Part shown: one piece after another, positions 27,492-36,334 of the stretch
Layout: each line of letters begins with the position of its first letter
How positions within the stretch are numbered: position 1 is the first letter of the stretch
Source: an uncultured Bacteroidota bacterium
Lineage (GTDB): Bacteria > Bacteroidota > Bacteroidia > Flavobacteriales > Flavobacteriaceae
Direction of reading: 5' to 3'
Length of the DNA: 64,000 nucleotides
Assembly (NCBI GenBank): GCA_902519955.1
Contig: CABYMF010000001.1
Coordinates: 24,055 to 88,054 of the forward strand
The notes under the pieces: generated by a model
Databases searched by the model: none
What the model was told of the DNA's origin: nothing
Seen by the model: only the letters and a program-made list of their open reading frames with translations
Translations under genes and position numbers: made by a program

Positions 27492-29062
27492 TACAATTCT
27501 TTTATTATATCAAAACTTTCTAGGATTCTTTGCTCGATATCACCAGCATATCTGTCATTATCTCTGTAGATAACTATAAGTCTTATGGTTTTTTTTTCAT
27601 ATGGCAAAATAACTGATGTAAAATTTGATCTGTAAAGATCGTTGTTAATCTCAACATCTAAGCTTCCGTAGAGTCTTAATCCAGTATCTCCAGATTTTAC
27701 AGTAAACTGGTCGTCTTTAACTAAAATATTTTTAGATCCTGATTCTTGGAATTCATTAATAAGTTCATTTTTTATTAAATCTAAATTAGCTAGATTTTCA
27801 GTTTGAATAACATCCTTAAAATCTATGGATAAAAAGAATTTATCAGATATACTACCCATTTGAAATTTGTTTAAATCAGCACTGTCTATAACTCTTTCAA
27901 GTATTAATGGTGAGCTTACCTCTACTGGTGGGGAACCATATTGACTGGTAAACCACTCTTTATCAAGCAGCTTTTTTGTAGGGTTAAAGAGTATAGTATC
28001 TCTAACTGGATAATAACCAAAAATTAAAATACAAAGAACTAAAGCAGCTGAAGATATGACTAGAGAGTATTTAAAAAAGTTTTTTAAATTATCAGTAAAG
28101 GTACTATTATCATCATTTATCTCGGGCAGATCAATCTTTTCAAACTTTTCATTATAAATTTTCTCAGTTGAAGAAATAAATTCTTTAATCGTAATTAGAT
28201 CAATGTTAAAGTCACCTTTAGTTGGAAGTGATTTAGCAAATTTTATTAAATCTGATTTAGTGAATAATTCTTCAAGTTTATCTATCTGTTTTTTTTCAAA
28301 ATTGTAACTATCACTGTCCTTTAACATATTTATTCTAATTATTAGCTCTTTAGAAGTACTCTCCATCGCTGGGATTTTTACTTGAAATTCCAAATACTCT
28401 CTAAATATGTCAATTAAAATTGTATAATATTCTTTGAACTCAATTTGGGAATTCGGATTAATATTATCAAGCTTTTCTAATTTCTCAAATGCTATTTCAT
28501 AAAGAGATTTTGAAATAACTTTTGTATTTTCTTTGCTGTTTTTTATGTAATATTTGTAAACTAAGAAAGCAAGAGCCATTATTATAACAATTGAGATCAA
28601 TCTTATAATTAGTTTTTGATAATTTCTTTTAACTGGAATAATAGGTTTTATATCAAACAGATTCTGCTTAAGAGTGTCTACTTCAACATCATTAACTACT
28701 ACTAAAAGTGAGTCTGTAAATTTTATAGATTGATTAAAATATACTTTTTGAGGAGGAATCCAGAATTCTCCTGGTTCAAAGTTTATTAATGAATATTTTT
28801 TTGAAATATTTGAGGATTCAATAATTGAATCATTAGAGAAGGAGTCTAGTATTTCGAAAGGAATAAAGTTTGGTTTTTCATCAAAACGAATATTGTATTT
28901 ATTTTTTGATGCTATGTCAATTGTATAGATAATCTTCTCTCCAATTTGAACATTTGTAGTATCTAGTGAACTTTTGATAATAATATCAGGGTCAAAGTCT
29001 GCAGACTGTGCATTTATAAATGATAAAGAATAAAACCATATGAATATGAATATATATCTCAT
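27491..29062 (-). CDS. Bat-operon membrane protein: BatD-like N-terminal domain, TM, DUF4381-like helical module, second TM, and an extra domain of about 170 aa
   Basis: Signal peptide MRYIFIFIWFYSLSFINAQ, TM1 IRLISIVIIMALAFLVYKYYI, helical module ...EYYTILIDIFREYLEFQV...SDLIKFAKSLP, and TM2 LVISSAALVLCILIFGYY. It has 1-nt overlaps with both neighbours. Confidence 0.6.
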   Translation of the reverse strand: MRYIFIFIWFYSLSFINAQSADFDPDIIIKSSLDTTNVQIGEKIIYTIDIASKNKYNIRFDEKPNFIPFEILDSFSNDSIIESSNISKKYSLINFEPGEFWIPPQKVYFNQSIKFTDSLLVVVNDVEVDTLKQNLFDIKPIIPVKRNYQKLIIRLISIVIIMALAFLVYKYYIKNSKENTKVISKSLYEIAFEKLEKLDNINPNSQIEFKEYYTILIDIFREYLEFQVKIPAMESTSKELIIRINMLKDSDSYNFEKKQIDKLEELFTKSDLIKFAKSLPTKGDFNIDLITIKEFISSTEKIYNEKFEKIDLPEINDDNSTFTDNLKNFFKYSLVISSAALVLCILIFGYYPVRDTILFNPTKKLLDKEWFTSQYGSPPVEVSSPLILERVIDSADLNKFQMGSISDKFFLSIDFKDVIQTENLANLDLIKNELINEFQESGSKNILVKDDQFTVKSGDTGLRLYGSLDVEINNDLYRSNFTSVILPYEKKTIRLIVIYRDNDRYAGDIEQRILESFDIIKEL

Positions 29063-29928
29063 TATGCTCTGTGTTTAAAGTATCCTAAAAGTTTCTTAAC
29101 ATAACTTTCATCAACTTTACAATTTATTATACCTGCTCCATTCTTATTGAATAAAGTTTCAAATTTTTTTATGGATGAACTGTAATTGGAAGAATAGCTA
29201 TCTCTAATTTTTTTTGAAAAGGTATCAACCCAAACTAACTCATTTGATTCAGCATCAATCATTGGTACAAAACCAAGCCTAGGAATTTTAGTCTCCATTT
29301 GATCAAAAATTCTTATGCCTGTTAAGTCATATTTTTTTGCTGCAAGTTTTAACGACTTATCATAATTATCATCAATAAAATCAGATAAAATAAAAACTAT
29401 TGCTTTTTTTTGAATAACACTTAATAAGAATTTGAGTGACGAATCTATGCTTGTTTTTGCACTTTTTGGTTTAAATTCAAGTAGTTCTCTAATAATTCTC
29501 AAAATATGTTTCTTGCCTTTGTTTGGGGGGATAAATAATTCTATACTATCAGTAAATAGTATTGCGCCTACCTTATCATTGTTTTTTAATGCAGAGAACG
29601 ATAGGGTTGCGGCAATTTCTGTAACAATTTCCTTTTTGAGTTTATTTCTAGTAGCAAAGTTTTTTGAGCCACTAACATCTATTAACAACATTAAAGTTAA
29701 TTCTCTTTCTTCTTCAAAAATCTTTATAAATGGTTCATTATACCTTGCTGTAACATTCCAATCAATTGACCTTATATCATCACCAAACTCATACTTACGC
29801 ACCTCACTAAAAGTCATACCCCTTCCCTTAAAGGTACTTAAGTATTCCCCACCAAAAACATTGTCACTTAACCTTCTACTCTTTATTTCAACTTGTCTTA
29901 CTTTTTTTAGTAATTCTTTAGAATCCAT
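29062..29928 (-). CDS. DUF58-domain protein (MoxR-associated, VWA-like)
   Basis: GEYLSTFKGRGMTFSEVRKYEFGDDIRSIDWNVTAR and LLIDVSGS are typical of DUF58. It lies immediately downstream of moxR. Confidence 0.8.
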   Translation of the reverse strand: MDSKELLKKVRQVEIKSRRLSDNVFGGEYLSTFKGRGMTFSEVRKYEFGDDIRSIDWNVTARYNEPFIKIFEEERELTLMLLIDVSGSKNFATRNKLKKEIVTEIAATLSFSALKNNDKVGAILFTDSIELFIPPNKGKKHILRIIRELLEFKPKSAKTSIDSSLKFLLSVIQKKAIVFILSDFIDDNYDKSLKLAAKKYDLTGIRIFDQMETKIPRLGFVPMIDAESNELVWVDTFSKKIRDSYSSNYSSSIKKFETLFNKNGAGIINCKVDESYVKKLLGYFKHRA

Positions 29929-29931
29929 AAA

Positions 29932-30936
29932 TTATGGTACTTCAACAGTGTTTACAATTTGTTTTATTATGTCCTCAGTAGTTACACTTTCAGCTTCAGC
30001 CTCATATGTTAAACCGATTCTATGTCTTAATACATCAGTAATAACTTCCCTAACATCTTCAGGGATTACAAAACCTCTGTGTTTAATGAAAGCGAAGCAT
30101 TTTGAAGCAAGAGCTAAATTTATACTTCCACGAGGAGATGCTCCAAAAGAAATAAGTGGGGATAGGTTTTTCAAATCATATTTTTCAGGATATCTAGTGC
30201 AGAAGATTAAATCCAAAATATATTTTTCAATTTTTTCATCCATATAAACATCATTAACTATACCTTGTGCTTTTTTGATTTGAGCAGTAGTAACTACAGG
30301 TTTAATTTTATCCTGTGAAGATGACAAGTTCATATTTATAATTTTTTGCTCCTCCTCTAGCTTAGGATAATCAACAACTACTTTTAACATAAATCTATCT
30401 ATTTGAGCTTCTGGAAGAGGGTATGTACCTTCTTGCTCAACGGGGTTCTGTGTTGCCATAACTAAAAATGGGTCAGTAAGTTTAAATGTTTTGTCACCAA
30501 TAGTAACCTGTTTCTCTTGCATAGCTTCGAGCAATGCAGATTGTACTTTAGCAGGAGCACGATTTATCTCGTCAGCTAAGACAAAATTTGCAAAAACTGG
30601 ACCCTGTTTAATTGAAAAATTCCCTTCTTTCATGTTATATATCATAGTCCCTATAACGTCAGCTGGAAGAAGGTCAGGTGTGAACTGAATTCTATTAAAA
30701 GAGCCTTTTACCGCACTACTTAGACTATTTATGGCTAAAGTTTTTGCTAAACCAGGAACACCTTCAAGTAAAATATGTCCTTTTCCCAGAAGTCCAATAA
30801 GCAATCTTTCAATCATTTTTTTCTGACCAATGATTTTTTTGTTTATCTCCATTGATAGAAGATCAACAAAAGCACTCTCTTGTTTAATTAGTTCATCTTT
30901 TTTATTTAAATCTACATTACTTTTTACATCACTCAT
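29932..30936 (-). CDS. moxR: MoxR-family AAA+ ATPase
   Basis: Walker A LLEGVPGLAKT, RIQFTPDLLPADV, Walker B FANFVLADEINRAPAK, and FLVMATQNPVEQEGTYPLPEAQIDRF. Confidence 0.92.
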   Translation of the reverse strand: MSDVKSNVDLNKKDELIKQESAFVDLLSMEINKKIIGQKKMIERLLIGLLGKGHILLEGVPGLAKTLAINSLSSAVKGSFNRIQFTPDLLPADVIGTMIYNMKEGNFSIKQGPVFANFVLADEINRAPAKVQSALLEAMQEKQVTIGDKTFKLTDPFLVMATQNPVEQEGTYPLPEAQIDRFMLKVVVDYPKLEEEQKIINMNLSSSQDKIKPVVTTAQIKKAQGIVNDVYMDEKIEKYILDLIFCTRYPEKYDLKNLSPLISFGASPRGSINLALASKCFAFIKHRGFVIPEDVREVITDVLRHRIGLTYEAEAESVTTEDIIKQIVNTVEVP

Positions 30937-31021
30937 ATGTACTGAATTTTATATTCAAATTTCAAAATTTATTAATAAAAACCCTGTTAATAATTGGTTA
31001 AATTGGGGGTAAGTCAAAATT

Positions 31022-32218
31022 TCACTTAGAAAAATATTCGGGGTACAAATAGTCATTTTTAGGGTAATGACTCATATCAACATTTTTTACTATTTCATAT
31101 ATTTCCTTCCTAAGGATATCAAAGTTAGTTTTATTTTTTGCAGAAATGAATAATGCCTTCCCATTCGTTTTATTCATCCAGGTATTTCTCCATTGCATTA
31201 AGGAAAAGTGACCGTTATTTAAAGAGGAATCATTAAAATCAATTTTGTTATAATTATCAATTTTGTTAAATATCATCAAGTTATACTTGTTGTGACAATT
31301 AATTTCACTTAAAATTTTATTTACAGATAATATATGATCTTCAAAGCTTGGATGAGAGATGTCAACTATATGTAAAAGTATATCTGCATCTTTTACTTCC
31401 TCCAAAGTACTTTTAAATGATTCAATAAGTTGAGTTGGGAGCTTTCTAATAAATCCCACAGTATCAGTAAGAAGAAAAGGTAATGTGTTAATAACAACCT
31501 TCCTAACTGTAGTATCTAAAGTTGCAAATAGTTTATCCTCTGCAAAGACTTTACTTTTGGAAAGCATATTCATAATTGTTGATTTTCCAACATTAGTATA
31601 TCCAACTAAGGCTACTCTTACAAGTGAACCACGATTCCCTCTTTGAACTTTCATTTGCTTATCAATAGTAGAGATTTTCTTTTTTAATAAAGAAATTTTA
31701 TCTCTTACTATCCTTCTATCTGTCTCAATCTCAGTTTCACCAGGACCTCTCATTCCAATACCTCCTTTTTGTCTTTCAAGGTGAGTCCAAAGCCCCTTAA
31801 GTCTGGGCAGAAGATACTCATATTGAGCTAACTCAACTTGAGTTTTAGCGTAACTAGTCTTTGCTCTTTGAGCAAAAATATCAAGTATAAGTGCTGTCCT
31901 GTCTAATATTTTACATTTTAAGAGTCTCTCAATATTCGATTGTTGTGTTGGTGAAAGTTCATCATCAAAGACAACGATAGAGACATCATTTTCTTTAATA
32001 AATTTTTGAATTTCATCAATTTTTCCTTTTCCAATAAATGTCTTTGGGTTAGGTGTTTTAATTCGCTGCTTAAACTTTCTTAACACTTTACCCCCTGCTG
32101 TAACAGATAAAAACTCTAATTCCTCAAGAAACTCATTAAGTTTTTCCTCGCTTTGAGAGTCATTAATCACTCCTACAAGAACTGTTCTTTCAAAATTTGA
32201 TTTCTGTGATTCAATCAT
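31022..32218 (-). CDS. hflX: GTPase HflX
   Basis: An HflX N-domain (LDIFAQRAKTSYAKTQVELAQ) plus G motifs VALVGYTNVGKST, DTVGF and NKID. Confidence 0.9.
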   Translation of the reverse strand: MIESQKSNFERTVLVGVINDSQSEEKLNEFLEELEFLSVTAGGKVLRKFKQRIKTPNPKTFIGKGKIDEIQKFIKENDVSIVVFDDELSPTQQSNIERLLKCKILDRTALILDIFAQRAKTSYAKTQVELAQYEYLLPRLKGLWTHLERQKGGIGMRGPGETEIETDRRIVRDKISLLKKKISTIDKQMKVQRGNRGSLVRVALVGYTNVGKSTIMNMLSKSKVFAEDKLFATLDTTVRKVVINTLPFLLTDTVGFIRKLPTQLIESFKSTLEEVKDADILLHIVDISHPSFEDHILSVNKILSEINCHNKYNLMIFNKIDNYNKIDFNDSSLNNGHFSLMQWRNTWMNKTNGKALFISAKNKTNFDILRKEIYEIVKNVDMSHYPKNDYLYPEYFSK

Positions 32219-32976
32219 TTTTTTAAAAAATTTCTTAAAGTAAAGGTTTTACCGTCAAAAACACCATATGTAAAGTGAGTGATCCAATCACCTAAATTTA
32301 TATATTTTGACTTTGCTTTAAGTTGATGTACAATTGGCAAATGGCGATGACCAAAAATGAAATAATCTATGTGTTCTTTTGATAATTTTTTTATACAATA
32401 TTGTATCAACCATTCTTTATCTTCCCCTTTAAAAGTAAGATCCTCAGACCCTGAAATAAGTTTATTCTTTTGTGAGAGATACTTACCAAGGCTAATTCCA
32501 ATATCAGGATGAATTAATTTATACAACCAAATAAAAAATGGATTTGATAGAATAAGTTTCATTCTTTTATATCCATAGTCTCCAGGTCCAAGTCCATCAC
32601 CATGACCAATAAAAAAAGATTTTGAGTTAAAAATAAAAAGCTCAGGTGATTTGAAAACTTTTATATTAAGTTCCTTTTGAAAATAGTCACTCATCCAATA
32701 GTCATGATTACCTACAAAAAAATAAATTTTTATACCCATGTCAGATAATTCAGCTAGTTTTCCCAAAGAACGAGTAAAACCTTTGGGTACAGCTTCTTTA
32801 TACTCAAACCAAAAGTCAAATAAGTCTCCCAACAAAAAAATAATCTCAGCGTCATGCTTAATTGTATCTAACCATTTAACAAAAATCTTTTCTCTATCAT
32901 GACTTTTATGTAATGAAGGTAATCCTAGATGATTATCTGAACTAAAATAAACTTTTTTGTCTTTTGGGATCTCCAT
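32215..32976 (-). CDS. lpxH: UDP-2,3-diacylglucosamine diphosphatase (metallophosphoesterase)
   Basis: YFSSDNHLG, LLGDLFDFW, VGNHDYW and GHRH motifs. Size (253 aa) is typical of Bacteroidota LpxH. Confidence 0.75.
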   Translation of the reverse strand: MEIPKDKKVYFSSDNHLGLPSLHKSHDREKIFVKWLDTIKHDAEIIFLLGDLFDFWFEYKEAVPKGFTRSLGKLAELSDMGIKIYFFVGNHDYWMSDYFQKELNIKVFKSPELFIFNSKSFFIGHGDGLGPGDYGYKRMKLILSNPFFIWLYKLIHPDIGISLGKYLSQKNKLISGSEDLTFKGEDKEWLIQYCIKKLSKEHIDYFIFGHRHLPIVHQLKAKSKYINLGDWITHFTYGVFDGKTFTLRNFLKK

Positions 32977-32981
32977 AAATA

Positions 32982-34133
32982 TTATCCTATAGCAACATTT
33001 AAATCATCAATCAAATCATCTACATCCTCTATGCCAACACTTAGTCTAAGAAGCGACTCTACTAATCCTGATTTTTTTCTTTCCCCTGGAGGTATAGACG
33101 CATGTGTCATACTTGCTGGATGACAACATAAGCTTTCAACTCCACCAAGAGATTCTGCCAAAGTAAATAATTGAAGATTTTCAGCTATTTTTTTTGATTT
33201 TTCAAAGGTATTTTCTGTTGGAATAAAAGAGACCATCCCTCCAAAGCCATTCATCTGATTTTTTGCAATATTATAATTTTTATGATCTTTAAAGCCTGCC
33301 CAGTATACACTAGCAATTTTATCATGTTCTTTCAAAAAAATTGCTATTTTTTCAGCATTTTCAGAATGTCTCTGCATCCTTAAATGAAGAGTCTTTATAC
33401 CTCTTAAAGTAAGGAAACAGTCCATTGGACCTGGAGTAGCTCCAGATGCATTTTGAATAAAGGATAATTTTTTATGAAGGTTTTCATCGTTTAATGCCAA
33501 TGCTCCAATCACAACATCACTGTGACCTGCAATATATTTAGTTGCAGAATGCATTACAATATCAGCTCCAAAATCTAAGGGTCTCTGTATGTATGGAGTA
33601 GCAAAAGTATTATCAACACAAAGTAAAATATTATTTTTTTTGGCTAAAACTGACATTGATTTAATATCAACTACATTCATCATTGGATTGGTTGGTGTTT
33701 CAACCCATATAAGCTTAGTATTTGAATTTATCTTTTCTTCTACAGAGTTTATATTTTCCATATTTACAAAATGAAATTTTAACTCATACTTCTCAAAGAT
33801 TTGCTTAAAAAGCCTATAGCTCCCACCATATAAATCATTAGTAGAAACTATCTCATCTCCAGGACTCAAAGTTTTTAGAATAGCATCAATAGCAGCTAAA
33901 CCTGATGCAAATGCTAAACCGTATTCTGCATTCTCTAAAGATGCTATAGCTCTTTCAAAATTTGATCTAGTTGGATTATGAGTTCTACTATATTCATAAC
34001 CTTTGTGCTTACCAGGAGATGACTGTGCATATGTGGACGTTTGATATATTGGAGTCATCACAGATCCATATGCAGGATCAAGAATTTGGCCACCATGTAT
34101 GGCCCTGGTGTTAAATTTCATTTTTTTCTTCAT
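32982..34133 (-). CDS. Cys/Met-metabolism PLP enzyme (cystathionine gamma-synthase / beta- or gamma-lyase family)
   Basis: TRAIHGG, YSRTHNPTR, and SATKYIAGHSD with the PLP lysine. Length is 383 aa. The exact reaction cannot be assigned from sequence alone. Confidence 0.85.
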   Translation of the reverse strand: MKKKMKFNTRAIHGGQILDPAYGSVMTPIYQTSTYAQSSPGKHKGYEYSRTHNPTRSNFERAIASLENAEYGLAFASGLAAIDAILKTLSPGDEIVSTNDLYGGSYRLFKQIFEKYELKFHFVNMENINSVEEKINSNTKLIWVETPTNPMMNVVDIKSMSVLAKKNNILLCVDNTFATPYIQRPLDFGADIVMHSATKYIAGHSDVVIGALALNDENLHKKLSFIQNASGATPGPMDCFLTLRGIKTLHLRMQRHSENAEKIAIFLKEHDKIASVYWAGFKDHKNYNIAKNQMNGFGGMVSFIPTENTFEKSKKIAENLQLFTLAESLGGVESLCCHPASMTHASIPPGERKKSGLVESLLRLSVGIEDVDDLIDDLNVAIG

Positions 34134-34209
34134 TAGTGCAAAGATAAAGATATTCGTAATTAGCTTTATGATTCTTTTAAAATCATTTTCTTTGTTGGAT
34201 AATTTTCAA

Positions 34210-35100
34210 ATGGATAAAAGATATCTAGCACTCATTGCGGCATTCTTAGCAACAAGCATATATGGAATTAATCATACTGTCGCAAAGGAAGTAATGCCCA
34301 TATATATTGGATCATCTGGATTTATAATGTTAAGACTATTAGGGGCTACATCAATTTTTTGGCTGATAAGTCTCTTTACACCAAAAGAAAAAGTTGAGTC
34401 GAAGGATTTTTTAAAAATTATTTTTGCTTCAATATTAGGTATGTGTACTAATATGTTGGCTTTTTTTAGAGGTCTAGAATTATCTACTCCTATAAATAGT
34501 GGAGTAATAATTACACTATCTCCAGTTTTAGTATTGATACTATCTTATTTTTTTTTAAGAGAAAGAGTTACTCTAAAGAAAATAATTGGAATTTTAATTG
34601 GATTTTCTGGTGCAGTTTTTTTAATATTAAATAGTAGTAAAACAGGAATAAATGCTCCAAATATTCCGTTGGGAAACTCTTTTTTCCTTTTGAATGCGTC
34701 AGCATATGCTGGATATCTAATTGTTATCAAGCCTTTAACAAAGAGGTATAATATTTTTACTTTGATGAAGTGGCTTTTTTTAATTGGATTAGTTCTTTCA
34801 GCACCCATTACCTACAATCAATTTTTAGAGGTTAATTGGTCTGATCTCCCTTGGTTTGCTATATGGAGAATGATGTACGTAGTAATAGGCACAACTTTTT
34901 TGACATATTTATTTAATATTTATGCATTAAAGACTTTATCACCAACTACAGTTGGTTCATTTATTTATCTTCAGCCCATAATTACAATAATTTTTGCATT
35001 AATTACTGGTAATGACACACTTGATACAACCAAAATTCTATCGTGTATATTAGTATTTATTGGCGTATACTTAGTCTCACTTAAGAATAAGAATGGCTAA
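34210..35100 (+). CDS. EamA/DMT-family transporter
   Basis: Ten predicted TMs in two EamA repeats. I prefer the ATG at 34210 (MDKRYLALIAAFLATSIYG). The ORF-track start at 34099 would overlap the divergent PLP-enzyme gene. Confidence 0.8.
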   Translation: MDKRYLALIAAFLATSIYGINHTVAKEVMPIYIGSSGFIMLRLLGATSIFWLISLFTPKEKVESKDFLKIIFASILGMCTNMLAFFRGLELSTPINSGVIITLSPVLVLILSYFFLRERVTLKKIIGILIGFSGAVFLILNSSKTGINAPNIPLGNSFFLLNASAYAGYLIVIKPLTKRYNIFTLMKWLFLIGLVLSAPITYNQFLEVNWSDLPWFAIWRMMYVVIGTTFLTYLFNIYALKTLSPTTVGSFIYLQPIITIIFALITGNDTLDTTKILSCILVFIGVYLVSLKNKNG

Positions 35101-35171
35101 TAAACAATAATAAATAATAATAAAATATTTTAGTGATTTTAAATTTTCTGTAATAAATTTGAAAAAAATCA

Positions 35172-35675
35172 ATGCTTATGAGAACTGTATTTATTTTATT
35201 TTTATCAATTTTACTCTATTCATGTAACAACTCTAATGAAACTAAAGAAAAGTTCACATATGAAAGAGTTAAAGAAGACACATCGTCTGTTCAAACTAAC
35301 ATGATATCTAATAACATAGTTTTAAATTCAAATGATCAAATGAAATTTGATAAAAAAGTTATTCGAGTAAATTCTAATCAAAAAGTTACTCTCAAACTAA
35401 ATCATACAGGAAAATTTCCTGCTATCTCTATGGGTCACAATTTTGTGTTAATTAAAAAAGATGTTGATATTAATGAATACGCATTAAGAGCAGCTGGAGC
35501 AAGAAATACCGAATATATTCCTGATGGTGGAAATGAAATTGCTTACACAAAAATGTTAGGTGGAGGTGAAACTGATACAATAACGTTTGACGCACCTGAG
35601 CCTGGTACATATGTGTTTATGTGTACGTTTCCCGGTCATTACCAATTGATGATGGGTGAATTCATTGTAGTCTAA
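35172..35675 (+). CDS. azu: Azurin (type 1 blue copper protein), lipoprotein-anchored
   Basis: Lipobox LLYSC. NDQMKFD, MGHNFVL, AYTKMLGGGETDTITFD and YVFMCTFPGHYQLMMG supply the His/Cys/His/Met copper ligands in azurin spacing. Confidence 0.88.
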   Translation: MLMRTVFILFLSILLYSCNNSNETKEKFTYERVKEDTSSVQTNMISNNIVLNSNDQMKFDKKVIRVNSNQKVTLKLNHTGKFPAISMGHNFVLIKKDVDINEYALRAAGARNTEYIPDGGNEIAYTKMLGGGETDTITFDAPEPGTYVFMCTFPGHYQLMMGEFIVV

Positions 35676-35764
35676 TTTGGAATATTTCTCCTTTGACAAT
35701 TAACAATTAGAATTTTTATTTTTTTACTTTAGAATATTATATTTCTTTTAAAAATACCTGAAAA

Positions 35765-36334
35765 TTAATATGTTACACTTGCCTGTGTTCCATACTCATC
35801 TAGATCTGCACATCCTTGATATTTTCCAGGTGATATTTGGTATCTAAGAATTTTAGTCATAACATACTCATTGATCATGTAAGATCTTACTGACAATAAC
35901 CTGATTGATTCAAGTAAATCTGTTAATTTTTTTTCTTTTTCGTTTTTAAAATCTTTTTTGTTAAGGTATTCTTTTAGGAAAGCTTCATAAATTTTGTTTT
36001 TATCATTTAAACCTTCACTTTCATTTTTAATTTTATCGAATAAAAAGTTTAGATTATCCTGAAAAAGCTTTTTATTTGAATTACTTAAAGTAACATTTAA
36101 GTATGAGTCAGCAAATCTTATTATTTTTAGTGATATCGCACCAGGCGTGTCAGTCTCAGGGATTATTAACTCCATAATCTTTTCAATCTCGGATACTTGA
36201 TTTTTGTTAAAAAACATAGGTGACCATTGATCACCTGAAGTTTGACAACTTTGTGATAAAGAAATTACACTACCAGATAATGCTATAGATCCAAATGATA
36301 AGCCAAGATTTTTTATTGCATTTCTTCTTTTCAT
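35765..36334 (-). CDS. Gluconate 2-dehydrogenase subunit 3-family small subunit (Tat signal, hitch-hiker type)
   Basis: Twin-arginine leader MKRRNAIKNLGLSFGSIALSG. Length is 189 aa. Its start overlaps the stop of the GMC gene by 1 nt. Confidence 0.75.
   Translation of the reverse strand: MKRRNAIKNLGLSFGSIALSGSVISLSQSCQTSGDQWSPMFFNKNQVSEIEKIMELIIPETDTPGAISLKIIRFADSYLNVTLSNSNKKLFQDNLNFLFDKIKNESEGLNDKNKIYEAFLKEYLNKKDFKNEKEKKLTDLLESIRLLSVRSYMINEYVMTKILRYQISPGKYQGCADLDEYGTQASVTY

Noticed and set aside
29432-30247. A long (271-aa) plus-strand ORF spanning the DUF58/MoxR junction. This is unusually long for an A+T-rich genome.
   Set aside because: It is entirely antisense to two genes with unambiguous family motifs. 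Its translation is Ser/Leu/Phe-rich low-information sequence typical of a shadow frame. It has no recognisable domain and no promoter-like context, so I treat it as an antisense artefact.
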